Shown: piece by piece, positions 38,866 through 48,730 of the stretch | Layout of the letters: each line of letters starts with the position of its first letter | Numbering within the stretch: the stretch's first letter is position 1 | Source: a virus | Virus record (IMG/VR): IMGVR_UViG_2786546122_000004 | Coordinates: 3,022-67,021 of that record | DNA length: 64,000 nt | Reading direction: 5' to 3' (one strand) | Position numbers and translations under genes: made by a program | Notes under the pieces: model-generated | Told to the model about the DNA's origin: nothing | Database searches by the model: none | Seen by the model: the letters and a program-made list of their open reading frames with translations, nothing else

Positions 38866-39678
38866 TTGTTTGTATCGCCAATGCTATTGCATTCAATAAA
38901 AGAGCCATTTGACGACGAGAACTATATCACTGAGCTCAAATTTGATGGAATCAGACTCATTCTTTCTAAATTTGATAATCAGATTAAGCTATACACTCGT
39001 CACAACAACGAAGTAACAAGCAAGTTTCCAGAACTCTTGGACTTAGATATTCCAGATGGAACAGTACTCGATGGTGAAATTATTGTAGCTGCCCCAGGTG
39101 GTGCTCCTGACTTTGAAGCTGTAATGGAACGTTTTATGTCCAAAAAGTCAGCTCATAAGATTGTTTACTGTGTTTTTGATGTTATCTATAAAGACGGTCA
39201 GTCAATAGCAGCTAAGCCGCTCACTGAGCGTAAGACAGTTCTAAACTCACTTGAGCTAAATCATCCTAATGTCTTTGTAATCGAAGGAATTCAAGGTAAC
39301 GGACTAGCTTACTTTAACCTGGCCAAAGAAAAGATTTTAGAGGGAATCGTAATCAAGAAAGCTAACTCCCCTTATGAGATCAATAAACGTTCGCATAATT
39401 GGCTTAAAGTGATTAATTATGATTACACTGAAGTTCTCATAACCGGCTACACGAAGAACGATATTAAATTCCTTCTGTCTTATCCTGACGGAACTGCAGC
39501 CGGGTTTATGGAATTCATGCCACATGCAGAACGAAGTAAGTTCCACTCTATGAAACAAGTAAAATCTGAATCTGATGAATATGTATTTATTGAGCCTATC
39601 GTATGTAAGGTTAAGCACAGATTTAAGACTAAGCACGGCAAACTCCGCACACCTTCCTTCGATTCCTGGAGAGTATAA
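38866..39678 (+). CDS. ligB: ATP-dependent DNA ligase
   Basis: ELKFDGIR, LDGEI, FDV, EGIVIK, WLKV; 270 aa. Confidence 0.93.
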   Translation: MFVSPMLLHSIKEPFDDENYITELKFDGIRLILSKFDNQIKLYTRHNNEVTSKFPELLDLDIPDGTVLDGEIIVAAPGGAPDFEAVMERFMSKKSAHKIVYCVFDVIYKDGQSIAAKPLTERKTVLNSLELNHPNVFVIEGIQGNGLAYFNLAKEKILEGIVIKKANSPYEINKRSHNWLKVINYDYTEVLITGYTKNDIKFLLSYPDGTAAGFMEFMPHAERSKFHSMKQVKSESDEYVFIEPIVCKVKHRFKTKHGKLRTPSFDSWRV

Positions 39679-39917
39679 TCTCTCCGTTACATAACTCCTT
39701 AGAGCCTAGCCATTAAAAATCAAATGAAAATTTAGTACATGGATCAATTAGTTTTCGTTACCCCCTTTAATTAAAATAAATAGTTTATTTTAAATGACTT
39801 TTTTCTCTAAACCTTTTTAAATTTCCAAAATTCATTTCACCTTTATTACTGCAAGCAGGTTGTCATACGCTTGCCATATAAAAGAGACTGGACATTTTTG
39901 TCTCGGAGGTGAAATAA

Positions 39918-40070
39918 ATGAAATTAATTTTAGATAATTTCGTGAATTGGTCATTTGACAAAATCATGGACTATATCTTACTTGCAGGGTTTTATTTTGT
40001 ATTCAAATCAAAATCTACACAGAATCATTATCCTGATCACTTCGAAGAAAGACGCTGGCATAGAAATTAA
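39918..40070 (+). CDS. YoqT-like small protein (50 aa)
   Basis: Manual: MKLILDNFVNWSFDKIMDYILLAGFYFVFK...; RBS GGAGGTG. Confidence 0.55.
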   Translation: MKLILDNFVNWSFDKIMDYILLAGFYFVFKSKSTQNHYPDHFEERRWHRN

Positions 40071-40143
40071 TACACTCTTTTCTGATCGTTATCGACATGC
40101 TAAATTGCTTGATAACGATCCTTCCCTAAAATATTACTTGCTA

Positions 40144-40353
40144 TTATTTATTAAATTCTTTTAGAATCTCCTGCTTTCTTTTAACCCTTTCCCATTCTTC
40201 TTTATAGACTAATTTTTCATTTTCGCATTTTACACAAAGTATCCAACATGCATCATCCGCATCAATGGCAGCGCCTAAATTATTGTATATATAGTCATCT
40301 TTCAAGTAATGCCATTCATGTTTGCATTTAGGTATTTTCTTTCTCCAAAACAT
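40144..40353 (-). CDS. hypothetical Cys/His-containing phage protein
   Basis: ORF track; CKHEW...CVKC. Confidence 0.6.
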   Translation of the reverse strand: MFWRKKIPKCKHEWHYLKDDYIYNNLGAAIDADDACWILCVKCENEKLVYKEEWERVKRKQEILKEFNK

Positions 40354-40384
40354 CTGTTACCTCCCTATAAAAACTATCTTTTAT

Positions 40385-40675
40385 CTAGACTTGTTCAGCT
40401 TGCCTAATAGTATCTAACAACTCTTTCTTCTTGAAATATGTCTTTTCCAAACGATCTACTTCCTTTTGCAATTCAGTAGCAGCATCATACTTCAGAATCC
40501 ATTCTCCTACTCCACATACTTCTCTTTGTTCTTTCTCAAACGTTTTTATGTGACGGCCTTCGAACCAAACTCTTACTCTTGTACCGTTTTCAAATTCATT
40601 ATTAAAAGCAGCTGCTTTCTCAGTTCCCGCATAAATACATTTATACTTGCTGTCATCGACTACATAAGTGTTCAT
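40385..40675 (-). CDS. hypothetical phage protein
   Basis: ORF track; RBS AAGGAG. Confidence 0.7.
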   Translation of the reverse strand: MNTYVVDDSKYKCIYAGTEKAAAFNNEFENGTRVRVWFEGRHIKTFEKEQREVCGVGEWILKYDAATELQKEVDRLEKTYFKKKELLDTIRQAEQV

Positions 40676-40788
40676 TATCTCCGCTCCTTTAAATCACGAT
40701 TTTAATTTAACTTTAATGTGTATCATCTTGAGAAAATCCCCTTTAATTGGTAAACTCATACTTAACTTACATAAGAGTAGGTGATTCC

Positions 40789-41163
40789 TTGAGTAAAACA
40801 ATCGGTATTACTGGATTTTTCTTAAGCATAGTAGTGCAATCATTTTCGGCGAATGATTCGCTATCCCACAAGATCGCTACGGGTTTATTATTTGTATCAA
40901 TAGCAATTTATAATTTTGACCACGCTAAAGATTATTCCAAAGCATCCCTTGTCGTAATATGCCTCACCTTTTTCGTACTTGCCTTGGGTATTCATAAGCT
41001 TCTTTCCTTTTCGAGTGACTTATTTGACAATGTGAATATAAATTTCGGAGTAATATTCATCCTCCAAATCACATTAATAATTGGATCTGTTGCAATAGCT
41101 ATCAGTATAATGAAATTTATCTGTGATTGTCTAAAAAAGAAACCTAACGGTAAAGAGTGTTAA
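40789..41163 (+). CDS. yoqO: YoqO family four-TM membrane protein
   Basis: TTG start gives 124 aa; four hydrophobic helices. Confidence 0.7.
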   Translation: MSKTIGITGFFLSIVVQSFSANDSLSHKIATGLLFVSIAIYNFDHAKDYSKASLVVICLTFFVLALGIHKLLSFSSDLFDNVNINFGVIFILQITLIIGSVAIAISIMKFICDCLKKKPNGKEC

Positions 41164-41179
41164 TTCCTCTTTGCCTTTT

Positions 41180-41395
41180 TTATGCTAAATACTTCTTCTT
41201 ATGTGGTCTTCTATGTACAAAATCAAATGCTATATCAACTTTTGCATTTTCCTTCTCCTCTGCTACTCGCTCCGTAACAACGATTAGTTGTCCATTTTCC
41301 TGGCGGTCAATGCTATGGACTGAATATCCTTTAGCAGCGTAATATTCTCCGATAATCTCATCAACGTGGTTGCTAAGCAGATTCCTCTTTACCAC
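41180..41395 (-). CDS. YoqN-like protein
   Basis: GTG start with RBS GGAGGG; synteny. Confidence 0.55.
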   Translation of the reverse strand: MVKRNLLSNHVDEIIGEYYAAKGYSVHSIDRQENGQLIVVTERVAEEKENAKVDIAFDFVHRRPHKKKYLA

Positions 41396-41583
41396 TTGAA
41401 TACCCTCCACTTATTTTATTTTTATTCTTTATCCGTTTATATGTATTCCATCCGCAGCTGTCAAAAATGCTTATGTCCGCTCCAAGGTGCCATTTAAACC
41501 AAACTAAGTTAAACCAGGCGATTTCAAATACGTATTTGATGAATCCTATCCTATTGCCCTCCATTCTGCATAAAGTAATCCTT

Positions 41584-41976
41584 TTAAACAAAAATCAATT
41601 CAGGCTCTTTATCCTCTTCATATCGTTTGTAGCCAATAAAATATTCCTCATCCTTTTTATAAATAAACGGTGAAATCCACTCAATAAAACTCTCAATCTC
41701 ATTATCATAGTTTTTTAGATTGCATCTAATTGTCACATAGCGCCCACCTACAAGAGTATCGTTTACAATTTCGCTGTGAGTTTTTCCATCAAAATAATAG
41801 CTATCAGATTGAAGCATCCATTTCCATCTACTTCCTCCCGAAAATAGTTTATGATCTGGCAGCTCATCTGGATGCTCATCTCGTTGACCGCTCATAAACT
41901 CCAACGTTTCAATAATGTGACTTGGTGTTTCCTTAATTAGCTCAAAAGCACATACCAATTCTGTATACATTCCCAT
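41584..41976 (-). CDS. hypothetical phage protein
   Basis: ORF track; RBS GAGGGAG. Confidence 0.7.
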   Translation of the reverse strand: MGMYTELVCAFELIKETPSHIIETLEFMSGQRDEHPDELPDHKLFSGGSRWKWMLQSDSYYFDGKTHSEIVNDTLVGGRYVTIRCNLKNYDNEIESFIEWISPFIYKKDEEYFIGYKRYEEDKEPELIFV

Positions 41977-42025
41977 TAATACAACTCCCTCTCTTTAAAA
42001 CAGTCTTTTTATTCAGTCCATGAGT

Positions 42026-42220
42026 TTACTCGTATTCAACAACAACCTCCTCATTGTCTACAAACAGATCATTCCCATTTGATAAGTGTACCCAGAAAGC
42101 TTCCTCAGGTTCTTCTCTATAGTCATAAATTGCGACCACCTTTGCATTTGATTCTTTGCTTATCGGTTTCCCGACAGTTATTTTTGTATTCTCTTCAGGT
42201 AAAATAATTGATTTAATCAT
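42026..42220 (-). CDS. yoqI: YoqI-like protein
   Basis: 64 aa; synteny. Confidence 0.55.
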   Translation of the reverse strand: MIKSIILPEENTKITVGKPISKESNAKVVAIYDYREEPEEAFWVHLSNGNDLFVDNEEVVVEYE

Positions 42221-42268
42221 TTATATCAATCCAATCCAAGTTTGTTTTACACTGTTGCCCCAAGACTT

Positions 42269-42721
42269 TCAATAACAGGATTCAATATTTTTCGTTAATA
42301 TACTCGGCCCCAACTTTTGCGTGCTAGAATTTGACAGACGCACTTGCACTTTAACATTCTTCATTTCGGCCGAAATTGTGTCAATTCTTCCCGCCCAACT
42401 AGGACTCTCTTCCTCAGGAGTAGGATAAAGTTTAAACCGCCAACTAATCTCACCTGGTTTAGTAGCAAATCCTTCGTAACTGTCGTAATTTCCAAAAGAA
42501 GAAGGTGCAGGAAGATGGACAGCAAGAATGCTTATATTGGTTCTGGCAGCACTCGGTGGGTTCAATTGCACCTTATAGATTAACGCTACGCCTTTAGCAT
42601 TTTTAAGATTTTTATCTACCGGCTCCAGTATTACACTGCAAGGCATTGGACTGGCGTTTGTTTGAATGGGATAGGCAACAATAATACTTAATAAGGATAA
42701 AACTAAAATAAATCGTTTCAT
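42269..42721 (-). CDS. yoqH: YoqH-like secreted protein
   Basis: 150 aa; signal peptide. Confidence 0.7.
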   Translation of the reverse strand: MKRFILVLSLLSIIVAYPIQTNASPMPCSVILEPVDKNLKNAKGVALIYKVQLNPPSAARTNISILAVHLPAPSSFGNYDSYEGFATKPGEISWRFKLYPTPEEESPSWAGRIDTISAEMKNVKVQVRLSNSSTQKLGPSILTKNIESCY

Positions 42722-42803
42722 TGAAAGTTCCTCACAATTTTTTTAGTTAATTTTCCTTATTTCTGGATTGATTATTCATTTGTATTTGATTAAATCTTCA
42801 ATT

Positions 42804-43061
42804 TTATTTTGATTTAATCTCAACAATAAGACTGTCAGGATAGTTCTTCAAATCAAGTGCGTTTACATGACAGTGACCTACATATCCTTCTTTATCAACG
42901 TAATTATAATAGAACTTTTCCCCATTATTAATGATAACTTCACCCTGATGTGTATACTCCATCTCTGATCCCTTGTACCATGTTACTTTAACTTTTGTGC
43001 CAGGTATGATTTTATTTAAATCAAATATTGTTATTTCTTTTAGCAAAATCATTTCCTCCAT
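42804..43061 (-). CDS. yoqG: YoqG-like protein
   Basis: 85 aa; synteny. Confidence 0.55.
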   Translation of the reverse strand: MEEMILLKEITIFDLNKIIPGTKVKVTWYKGSEMEYTHQGEVIINNGEKFYYNYVDKEGYVGHCHVNALDLKNYPDSLIVEIKSK

Positions 43062-43296
43062 TTCCATTTTTGATCCTCCACTTCCTATTAAAATATTACT
43101 TTTTAAAACGATACAAAGTTATGGCGTTTCCTTTAATACACTCTTTATTGTTGCTGCTCCTCAATAGCTCCCTTTAATCCATTATTCCTAATCACTATTG
43201 AACTTTTATTCACAAAAATTCTACATATTTTTACAGGTGTAAAGTCCAAAATGTCGAATACTTAAAAAGTAAGTTAAAAAACAAGGAGTGTGTAAA

Positions 43297-43671
43297 ATGA
43301 AAAAGCTTTTCGTTTTAATTTTTTCAGTGATTTTTACTTTGACAGCTTTTGTTTCTTCTGCTAGTGCAGCTACAACTGGAAGTGTAACTTCATCTTCGGG
43401 AACCAGCTCTAAGATGATTACTGGTGCAGGTATGTATATGAAATTCACTTGCAAATATGCTGGAATCACTGAGGCATACGCCGGAGCCTGCCAGATAACA
43501 AGACAAGGTGAAAATGTTGCTGTTCTAAATGTTGGGGGTGGTAGTCTTAATAAACCATTTAGATCAACCGACGTATGGTTGAATAAAAACGAAACCTACG
43601 TTCTTTCGAGTAATTTTTTAACTGATTCTTGGTCTACCGGATCCATTACTGCCACTATTAGCGAAAGATAA
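43297..43671 (+). CDS. secreted protein (moron)
   Basis: RBS AAGGAG; signal peptide MKKLFVLIFSVIFTLTAFVSSASA; hairpin at 43688-43713. Confidence 0.8.
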   Translation: MKKLFVLIFSVIFTLTAFVSSASAATTGSVTSSSGTSSKMITGAGMYMKFTCKYAGITEAYAGACQITRQGENVAVLNVGGGSLNKPFRSTDVWLNKNETYVLSSNFLTDSWSTGSITATISER

Positions 43672-43788
43672 ATTACAGAATAGCTCAGGTCATCGAGAGG
43701 ACTCTTGGTGACCTTCTATAATGTTTTATTCACCCATTTCCCTTTTCCACTCTCTATAAAATTTTACTTTTATCTAAAGTTTTCAAAT

Positions 43789-44544
43789 CTATGATGCTAT
43801 TTCTCTTTTGTGCCCATGTTTCTTTAGAAGATCAACAATAAAATCGGCACCTTTAGGAGTAACAAGAGTAATTGTTTTAATTCCAACACTTGTCTCCTGG
43901 GTCTTCACTTGAAAGAATCCTCTTTCTACATATTTTTGATATGGGGCGTTTTTGTTTGTTCCATCAATAAGAACTTTATTTTCCCTCAAAAAGCGAAATA
44001 AATTGTTTTGGCCCATTCCTTTTATGCCAATTGCTTTTGCCACTTGTCCTATTTTCATTAATCCATCTGTATTAAGAAAGCGATCATATTTCTCCACTTT
44101 TGGTTCAGCCAATGTTAATTGCTCCTGCAATTCTCGTTTTGCTTTTCTTTCAGTGAAATAAGCAATGGCACGTTCATCTTCATTCATATCTAGATATGTA
44201 TCAATTAGGGACGGTCTTGCTTTTAACGCCTTCTCCATTTCTTCAAATTTAGAAACATATTGAGCTGTGAATAATACCCCTTTAGCACCAGTCATTTTAT
44301 TAGCAACCATATCGCATCCTTTTCGGGTTAAATGGAAATGCTTCAATGAGCGACCAGTTGCATCTTTATATGTACTTTCTAAGAAAAATTCCACTGAACG
44401 CAATTTTGCGTTTAGTAAGATCGCTACATATCCATCAATACTTCTAAGTAAATCTGTATGTCTCTTACCTACCATCTCTGCCACTTCACGGCTGTCAACC
44501 AAAAGCTGTCCATTCTGTTCAATTACTGTTAGATAACTTTCCAT
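43789..44544 (-). CDS. yoqD: Rha-family/KilA-C antirepressor
   Basis: VDSREVAEMVGKRH, LTRKGC, GQNNLFRFLRE, VTPKG; 251 aa. Confidence 0.9.
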   Translation of the reverse strand: MESYLTVIEQNGQLLVDSREVAEMVGKRHTDLLRSIDGYVAILLNAKLRSVEFFLESTYKDATGRSLKHFHLTRKGCDMVANKMTGAKGVLFTAQYVSKFEEMEKALKARPSLIDTYLDMNEDERAIAYFTERKAKRELQEQLTLAEPKVEKYDRFLNTDGLMKIGQVAKAIGIKGMGQNNLFRFLRENKVLIDGTNKNAPYQKYVERGFFQVKTQETSVGIKTITLVTPKGADFIVDLLKKHGHKREIAS

Positions 44545-44617
44545 TAAATACCTCCGTCTCATTTAATTTAAAATGCATCTTTTATTTAGACTATGATCTC
44601 AATACTTCTCAGCAAGG

Positions 44618-44815
44618 TTACCAACCTTCTTCATAGAAAATATCATCATATAAAACATTTGATTCATCGGCCATTTCTCTCTCTTCTTGGTATTCATCCA
44701 TATGATTAGTAATAAACTCACTCGCTTCTCTAATTGTATTACCGGTGAATCTTGCACTTATATATTGCTCCATGCGTCCGATCAGTCTCAACTGTTTTTC
44801 TGTTGCTCTAATCAC
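44618..44815 (-). CDS. hypothetical phage protein
   Basis: ORF track; RBS GAGGAGGG. Confidence 0.65.
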   Translation of the reverse strand: MIRATEKQLRLIGRMEQYISARFTGNTIREASEFITNHMDEYQEEREMADESNVLYDDIFYEEGW

Positions 44816-45159
44816 TTCACGCCCTCCTCATAAAGTCGTTTGAATCTCTGTACTGCTTTTCCTTCCGAATACAAAAATTCAGGTTTATATAAGATTAAAA
44901 CCGGTAGTTTGTCTATGGTCAGAACAGTGTTGTCGTCCTTATCTATGACTAATTCAGCCCGTTCAATTGTTTCCTCCAACGGTACGTTACGGTGTTCAAA
45001 TGCCTTTTTAATCTCTGCGTCGAAAACCTGTTTCTGTTCATCAAATGCTTTCCAAATATCATTATCCCAATTTTCAATGGGTGAAGGATTAACCGGAAAT
45101 ACCTTTCCCTCTGGCGTAATCATTCGGAACTTCAATTCGTTCTTTTCTTCAGGATTCAC
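44812..45159 (-). CDS. hypothetical phage protein
   Basis: GTG start, RBS AAGGAGGG. Confidence 0.65.
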   Translation of the reverse strand: MNPEEKNELKFRMITPEGKVFPVNPSPIENWDNDIWKAFDEQKQVFDAEIKKAFEHRNVPLEETIERAELVIDKDDNTVLTIDKLPVLILYKPEFLYSEGKAVQRFKRLYEEGVK

Positions 45160-45368
45160 TCCACGCCCTCCTTCTGACAGCCAGGACATAGAGTTTCAAA
45201 ACCGTTCCCCTTCTCCGTGAATGTGTAATCTCGGTGCAAAGCACCATTCATATGCCCCTCCCATGATAACGGCTCCCCTATGTTTAAAACCTTCTCTTTT
45301 CCGCACTTATCGCAAATAACAACCGTTTTGTATATAGTCTCGACCACTTCTTTATGAAATGCCATCAT
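45156..45368 (-). CDS. small zinc-ribbon protein
   Basis: MMAFHKE...CDKC...CPGC. Confidence 0.6.
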   Translation of the reverse strand: MMAFHKEVVETIYKTVVICDKCGKEKVLNIGEPLSWEGHMNGALHRDYTFTEKGNGFETLCPGCQKEGVE

Positions 45369-45756
45369 TCCGCGCCCCCCCCAATAGCTCAGGATTTTGA
45401 TAAACGTTGCCGCCGATATTACACGCTCCCCAATGTATACAATCATCAATATGGTAATCGCAATCACTGGGATATTTAAGACCAAAGTTACTACCTGCAC
45501 GAGCAAAGATCATCGGTTCGCCATCTGTCATGTCGATGTCCTCTTCATAAATATCCTTGCCTTTCTTATCCTTCAACCCTATTCCCCACATAAGGACTGC
45601 GTTTCTTTGTTTACTAGACGCTATAAGACTCGCATGTAGAGATGTGATGTTATTCCGGTACAAACCCCATTCTCCACCTGAGATAATAAGATACAATTCC
45701 CCATCATCCCAATAATGCATCCGCTCTCCGTCCCAAACTCTGTATGCTGTGTTCAT
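45352..45756 (-). CDS. yopX: YopX family protein
   Basis: MNTAYRVWDG...GLKDKKGKDIYE...GNVYQNPELL. Confidence 0.85.
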   Translation of the reverse strand: MNTAYRVWDGERMHYWDDGELYLIISGGEWGLYRNNITSLHASLIASSKQRNAVLMWGIGLKDKKGKDIYEEDIDMTDGEPMIFARAGSNFGLKYPSDCDYHIDDCIHWGACNIGGNVYQNPELLGGARNDGIS

Positions 45757-46259
45757 TGTGCATCCTCCTCCAATACTTTTCCTTCAAGAAGTTCCTTTGC
45801 ATATCGGGAATATCTTTGGATTACTAACTCAGGTGCCGTTCTAACTGTTTTCATATTTACGAACAAATGAAAGGCTTTTCTTAACCTGTCATTCTCATTT
45901 GTAAGTCGCTGAATTTTTTCCTGGGCCTGCCGGAGTTCCTTTGTATTTGCTCCCTGTATGGCTTTGGCTTCACCTTCATGACTCCAAGTTTCATATGAAA
46001 TTAACTGCCCTTCATTAATGTTTAAATCAGGTCTATTTCTTTTTATATATTTAGCGAAACCTTCACACAAAACCGTCTCATCGCTATGACAAGCCCAATT
46101 ATGTCCACTCTTTTCCTTCATCTCTACAATTTGCTGGGGTGTGGGCAAACATCCATAATTTTGAGCCATTTCAGCTTCATCACTGTGCGAGAAGGGACAA
46201 CTCATACATCCTCCACTTCCACAAAAAGAACGTTCAATCATATTTATTTCTTTCAACAT
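45753..46259 (-). CDS. Cys-rich hypothetical protein with coiled coil (yopW position)
   Basis: C..C..CP, GCLP, WACH, LCEG; C-terminal coiled coil. Confidence 0.7.
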   Translation of the reverse strand: MLKEINMIERSFCGSGGCMSCPFSHSDEAEMAQNYGCLPTPQQIVEMKEKSGHNWACHSDETVLCEGFAKYIKRNRPDLNINEGQLISYETWSHEGEAKAIQGANTKELRQAQEKIQRLTNENDRLRKAFHLFVNMKTVRTAPELVIQRYSRYAKELLEGKVLEEDAQ

Positions 46260-46342
46260 ATATCCCCCTTATCTGAATCTCGATAAAACTTACATTTTAT
46301 CCACTAATTTTAATTTTGTTACCTTAGTGAAAATTACACAAT

Positions 46343-46537
46343 TCAATATGTACTTACTTCTTTGCCCTTACTTTCTTCTTCTCTTAACATATCTTCAGCT
46401 ATATACATCCCCTCGTAAGCATAATCAATTATTGAATGAAATTCTCCGATGACTCTTCGTAAATTTTCCTCTTCTTTGTATGCTTTTAATCGCAGAATCG
46501 TTTTCATTAATTTATCGAGCTTTTCATCAAGCAACAT
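46343..46537 (-). CDS. yopV: YopV-like protein
   Basis: 64 aa; synteny. Confidence 0.65.
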   Translation of the reverse strand: MLLDEKLDKLMKTILRLKAYKEEENLRRVIGEFHSIIDYAYEGMYIAEDMLREEESKGKEVSTY

Positions 46538-46615
46538 AGCTCCCTTTACCATCTCCTATATACATATTATTTGTATTTGAATAAACTATAACCCATCATT
46601 TAATATCTGTCAATT

Positions 46616-46644
46616 AGATTCGGCCAATTTATGTGACCGAATCT
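46616..46644. terminator. hairpin after yopU
   Basis: AGATTCGG-ccaatttatgtga-CCGAATCT. Confidence 0.6.
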
Positions 46645-46648
46645 AATT

Positions 46649-46846
46649 TTAATCTGAGAACATAAAGATCAATTCATTGATGTCATCCCTAAGCTTAACG
46701 AGGCTTTGTGGTGTAACTGAAATTGTAATATCTAATTTCTCTCCCTTGAAACCAAGTAGGAATTGATAATGTTCTGAAGTCAGCAATTTTTTTGTAAGTT
46801 TCAGACTAACCTCTTTGTAATTATCTTGATCAACAAATATATTCAA
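46649..46846 (-). CDS. yopU: YopU-like protein
   Basis: 65 aa; synteny. Confidence 0.65.
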   Translation of the reverse strand: MNIFVDQDNYKEVSLKLTKKLLTSEHYQFLLGFKGEKLDITISVTPQSLVKLRDDINELIFMFSD

Positions 46847-46915
46847 AACAATACCTTCATTCTCCTCTTGCTGCTGATTACATTATGTTTAATGGAGTCT
46901 TTCTTTTTTTTATTT

Positions 46916-47134
46916 TTACTCAGGCAATTCTTCTGTATTTGTTATTTCATATTCCATATCACTTAATTTAAAATTTTCAACTGATCCGTCAGCTTTTAAA
47001 AACGAGACTTCTTTAGATAAAAGTAAATTTTCACAAATCCTGGTTACCAATGTTTCAGAGACTTCTGGACTATCTGCTTTGTTTTTGAGTACAATCTCCA
47101 GATTCAGTTCAATATTGTTTAAATAACCTGCCAT
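46916..47134 (-). CDS. yopT: YopT-like protein
   Basis: 72 aa, MAGYLNNIELNLEIVLK. Confidence 0.7.
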   Translation of the reverse strand: MAGYLNNIELNLEIVLKNKADSPEVSETLVTRICENLLLSKEVSFLKADGSVENFKLSDMEYEITNTEELPE

Positions 47135-47185
47135 CCTCATTCTCCTATGTTCAATTTTCTGTGATAAACCCTTAAGGCGTTAAGG

Positions 47186-47197
47186 GAACGTGCGTTC
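47186..47197. promoter_or_regulatory. LexA (DinR) SOS box upstream of yopT
   Basis: GAAC-GTGC-GTTC just downstream of a TG-TATAAT on the minus strand. Confidence 0.7.
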
Positions 47198-47316
47198 TGT
47201 TTTGTATAATCATTATACATAGAAAGTAGGTGTTATGCTAGTGGTTATTTATCGGCTTCGTATGGTATGATATGTATTATGTCTTTCCATAACAGAACGC
47301 AGGAGGATGTCCGATT

Positions 47317-47541
47317 ATGATTAAAGTTGAGATCGGGCAATGCTTGATACCTGAATTATGTAGAAAGAAAGACATTACAATCAATGAACTTTCAGAGATA
47401 ACTGGGATTAAGAAACAGCAGCTGAGCGACTATAATCGATTAGTTAAAGTAGATATGTCTATTCGAACTGCAAAAAGAATTGCTGCTGCTTTAGATTGTA
47501 ATGTCGAAGACCTCTATGAATTCAAGGTTGAAAGGCATTGA
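47317..47541 (+). CDS. yopS: XRE-family HTH regulator
   Basis: 74 aa; ITINELSEITGIKKQQLSDY...IAAALDCNVEDL. Confidence 0.85.
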   Translation: MIKVEIGQCLIPELCRKKDITINELSEITGIKKQQLSDYNRLVKVDMSIRTAKRIAAALDCNVEDLYEFKVERH

Positions 47542-47692
47542 AACGACTAAGACTTTGGTCTTGGTCTCCTCCTTAGTAAACCATATGGTTTACATGACCA
47601 TCTTACTACATTTAAACATGTATTTAAAGTGATTATTTTGTCTATTTTTGTCGAAATGCGAATTTTTTCACAATTTTTTGAGATAAAAGAAA

Positions 47693-47723
47693 AATCCATT
47701 TAACCAAAATAGTCAAATGGATT
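47693..47723. terminator. hairpin between convergent yopS and yopR
   Basis: AAATCCATTT-loop-AAATGGATTT. Confidence 0.6.
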
Positions 47724-47729
47724 TCATAT

Positions 47730-48707
47730 TTAAATGGTCGTCTCTTTTAGACCTAGTTCTTCTGCGTAATATTTATTAACTTCTTCCTCATTAATATAAT
47801 CTTGCATTGAATAAACTGCTCGATATTTGGATTTCACTCTTAAATTAAAGTCATCTATAATCTGATACCTTACAGAGTTATCAATAACCCCTTTTTCTTT
47901 ATAAAGCTGATATGCTCTATACAAATGACCAGATCTAACAATAGTATTTGGTGTTAAAAAGTTAATTTTAAAGAACTCAGATATATCAGTAATTAGATTA
48001 GTTATGACAAATTTACTTGCTTGGCCGTCTCCTTTGTTGGACGTTCTTTTTGTTTTAACTACATAATCATTTTCAACTAAAAAGACTTCTTTTGTTTGGC
48101 CTTTTGCCTTCCCATTCTTTAATTTATATTTAGTTTCCTGAGCTGCATTTAAGGCAATAACAAGACATTCACTACTAACTTTTAGTTTTCGTTCACCGTG
48201 CTTTGAATCATAGAGGGTTAAAACGTTACCATTTAGCATCGCATCCTCAACTTGCTTTTTGGTTAAACTTAGCAATTCAGAATGAGCTAAACCTGAAACC
48301 CCTTCAAACAACAGCCTTAATACAGCCTTTGATTGATAGTTAACTAATTGATTTTCCATTTCCTCTAATTCACTATAAGTAATATATAATTTTTTGTCTC
48401 CGAGACATTCATAAAGCTCTTCTTCAGAAATAGTTCTTGCCAAATTGGTTAATCCTTTACTTAACTTATATGAAATTGCCCAATCAATATACAATGACAA
48501 TAATGCTAAGGTTCTTCGAACACTACCAATAGTGGTTTGATCGAATGATCGTATAAGTTCTAAAATTTGCATTGATGTGAAATCATAAATGTCTTTATTA
48601 TATAAAGTCTCAGTAATCTCTGCTTTTGCAAAAATAGGCCTCATCTGCATAACCATACCCTCAGATAAGGTATCTAAATATTTTTCCTTAATCTCATTAT
48701 TGAACAT
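47730..48707 (-). CDS. yopR: MrpR/SroF master repressor (inactive tyrosine-recombinase fold)
   Basis: 325 aa; integrase-like but GLAHSE replaces G.R.SE and no HxxR. Confidence 0.9.
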   Translation of the reverse strand: MFNNEIKEKYLDTLSEGMVMQMRPIFAKAEITETLYNKDIYDFTSMQILELIRSFDQTTIGSVRRTLALLSLYIDWAISYKLSKGLTNLARTISEEELYECLGDKKLYITYSELEEMENQLVNYQSKAVLRLLFEGVSGLAHSELLSLTKKQVEDAMLNGNVLTLYDSKHGERKLKVSSECLVIALNAAQETKYKLKNGKAKGQTKEVFLVENDYVVKTKRTSNKGDGQASKFVITNLITDISEFFKINFLTPNTIVRSGHLYRAYQLYKEKGVIDNSVRYQIIDDFNLRVKSKYRAVYSMQDYINEEEVNKYYAEELGLKETTI

Positions 48708-48730
48708 TGCAACAAACAACTCCTAAGTAA

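Noticed and set aside
41373-41591. 72-aa ORF between 41584..41976 and the yoqN-like gene
   Set aside because: It overlaps both neighbours and has weak RBS support; it may be real but cannot be supported from the sequence alone.
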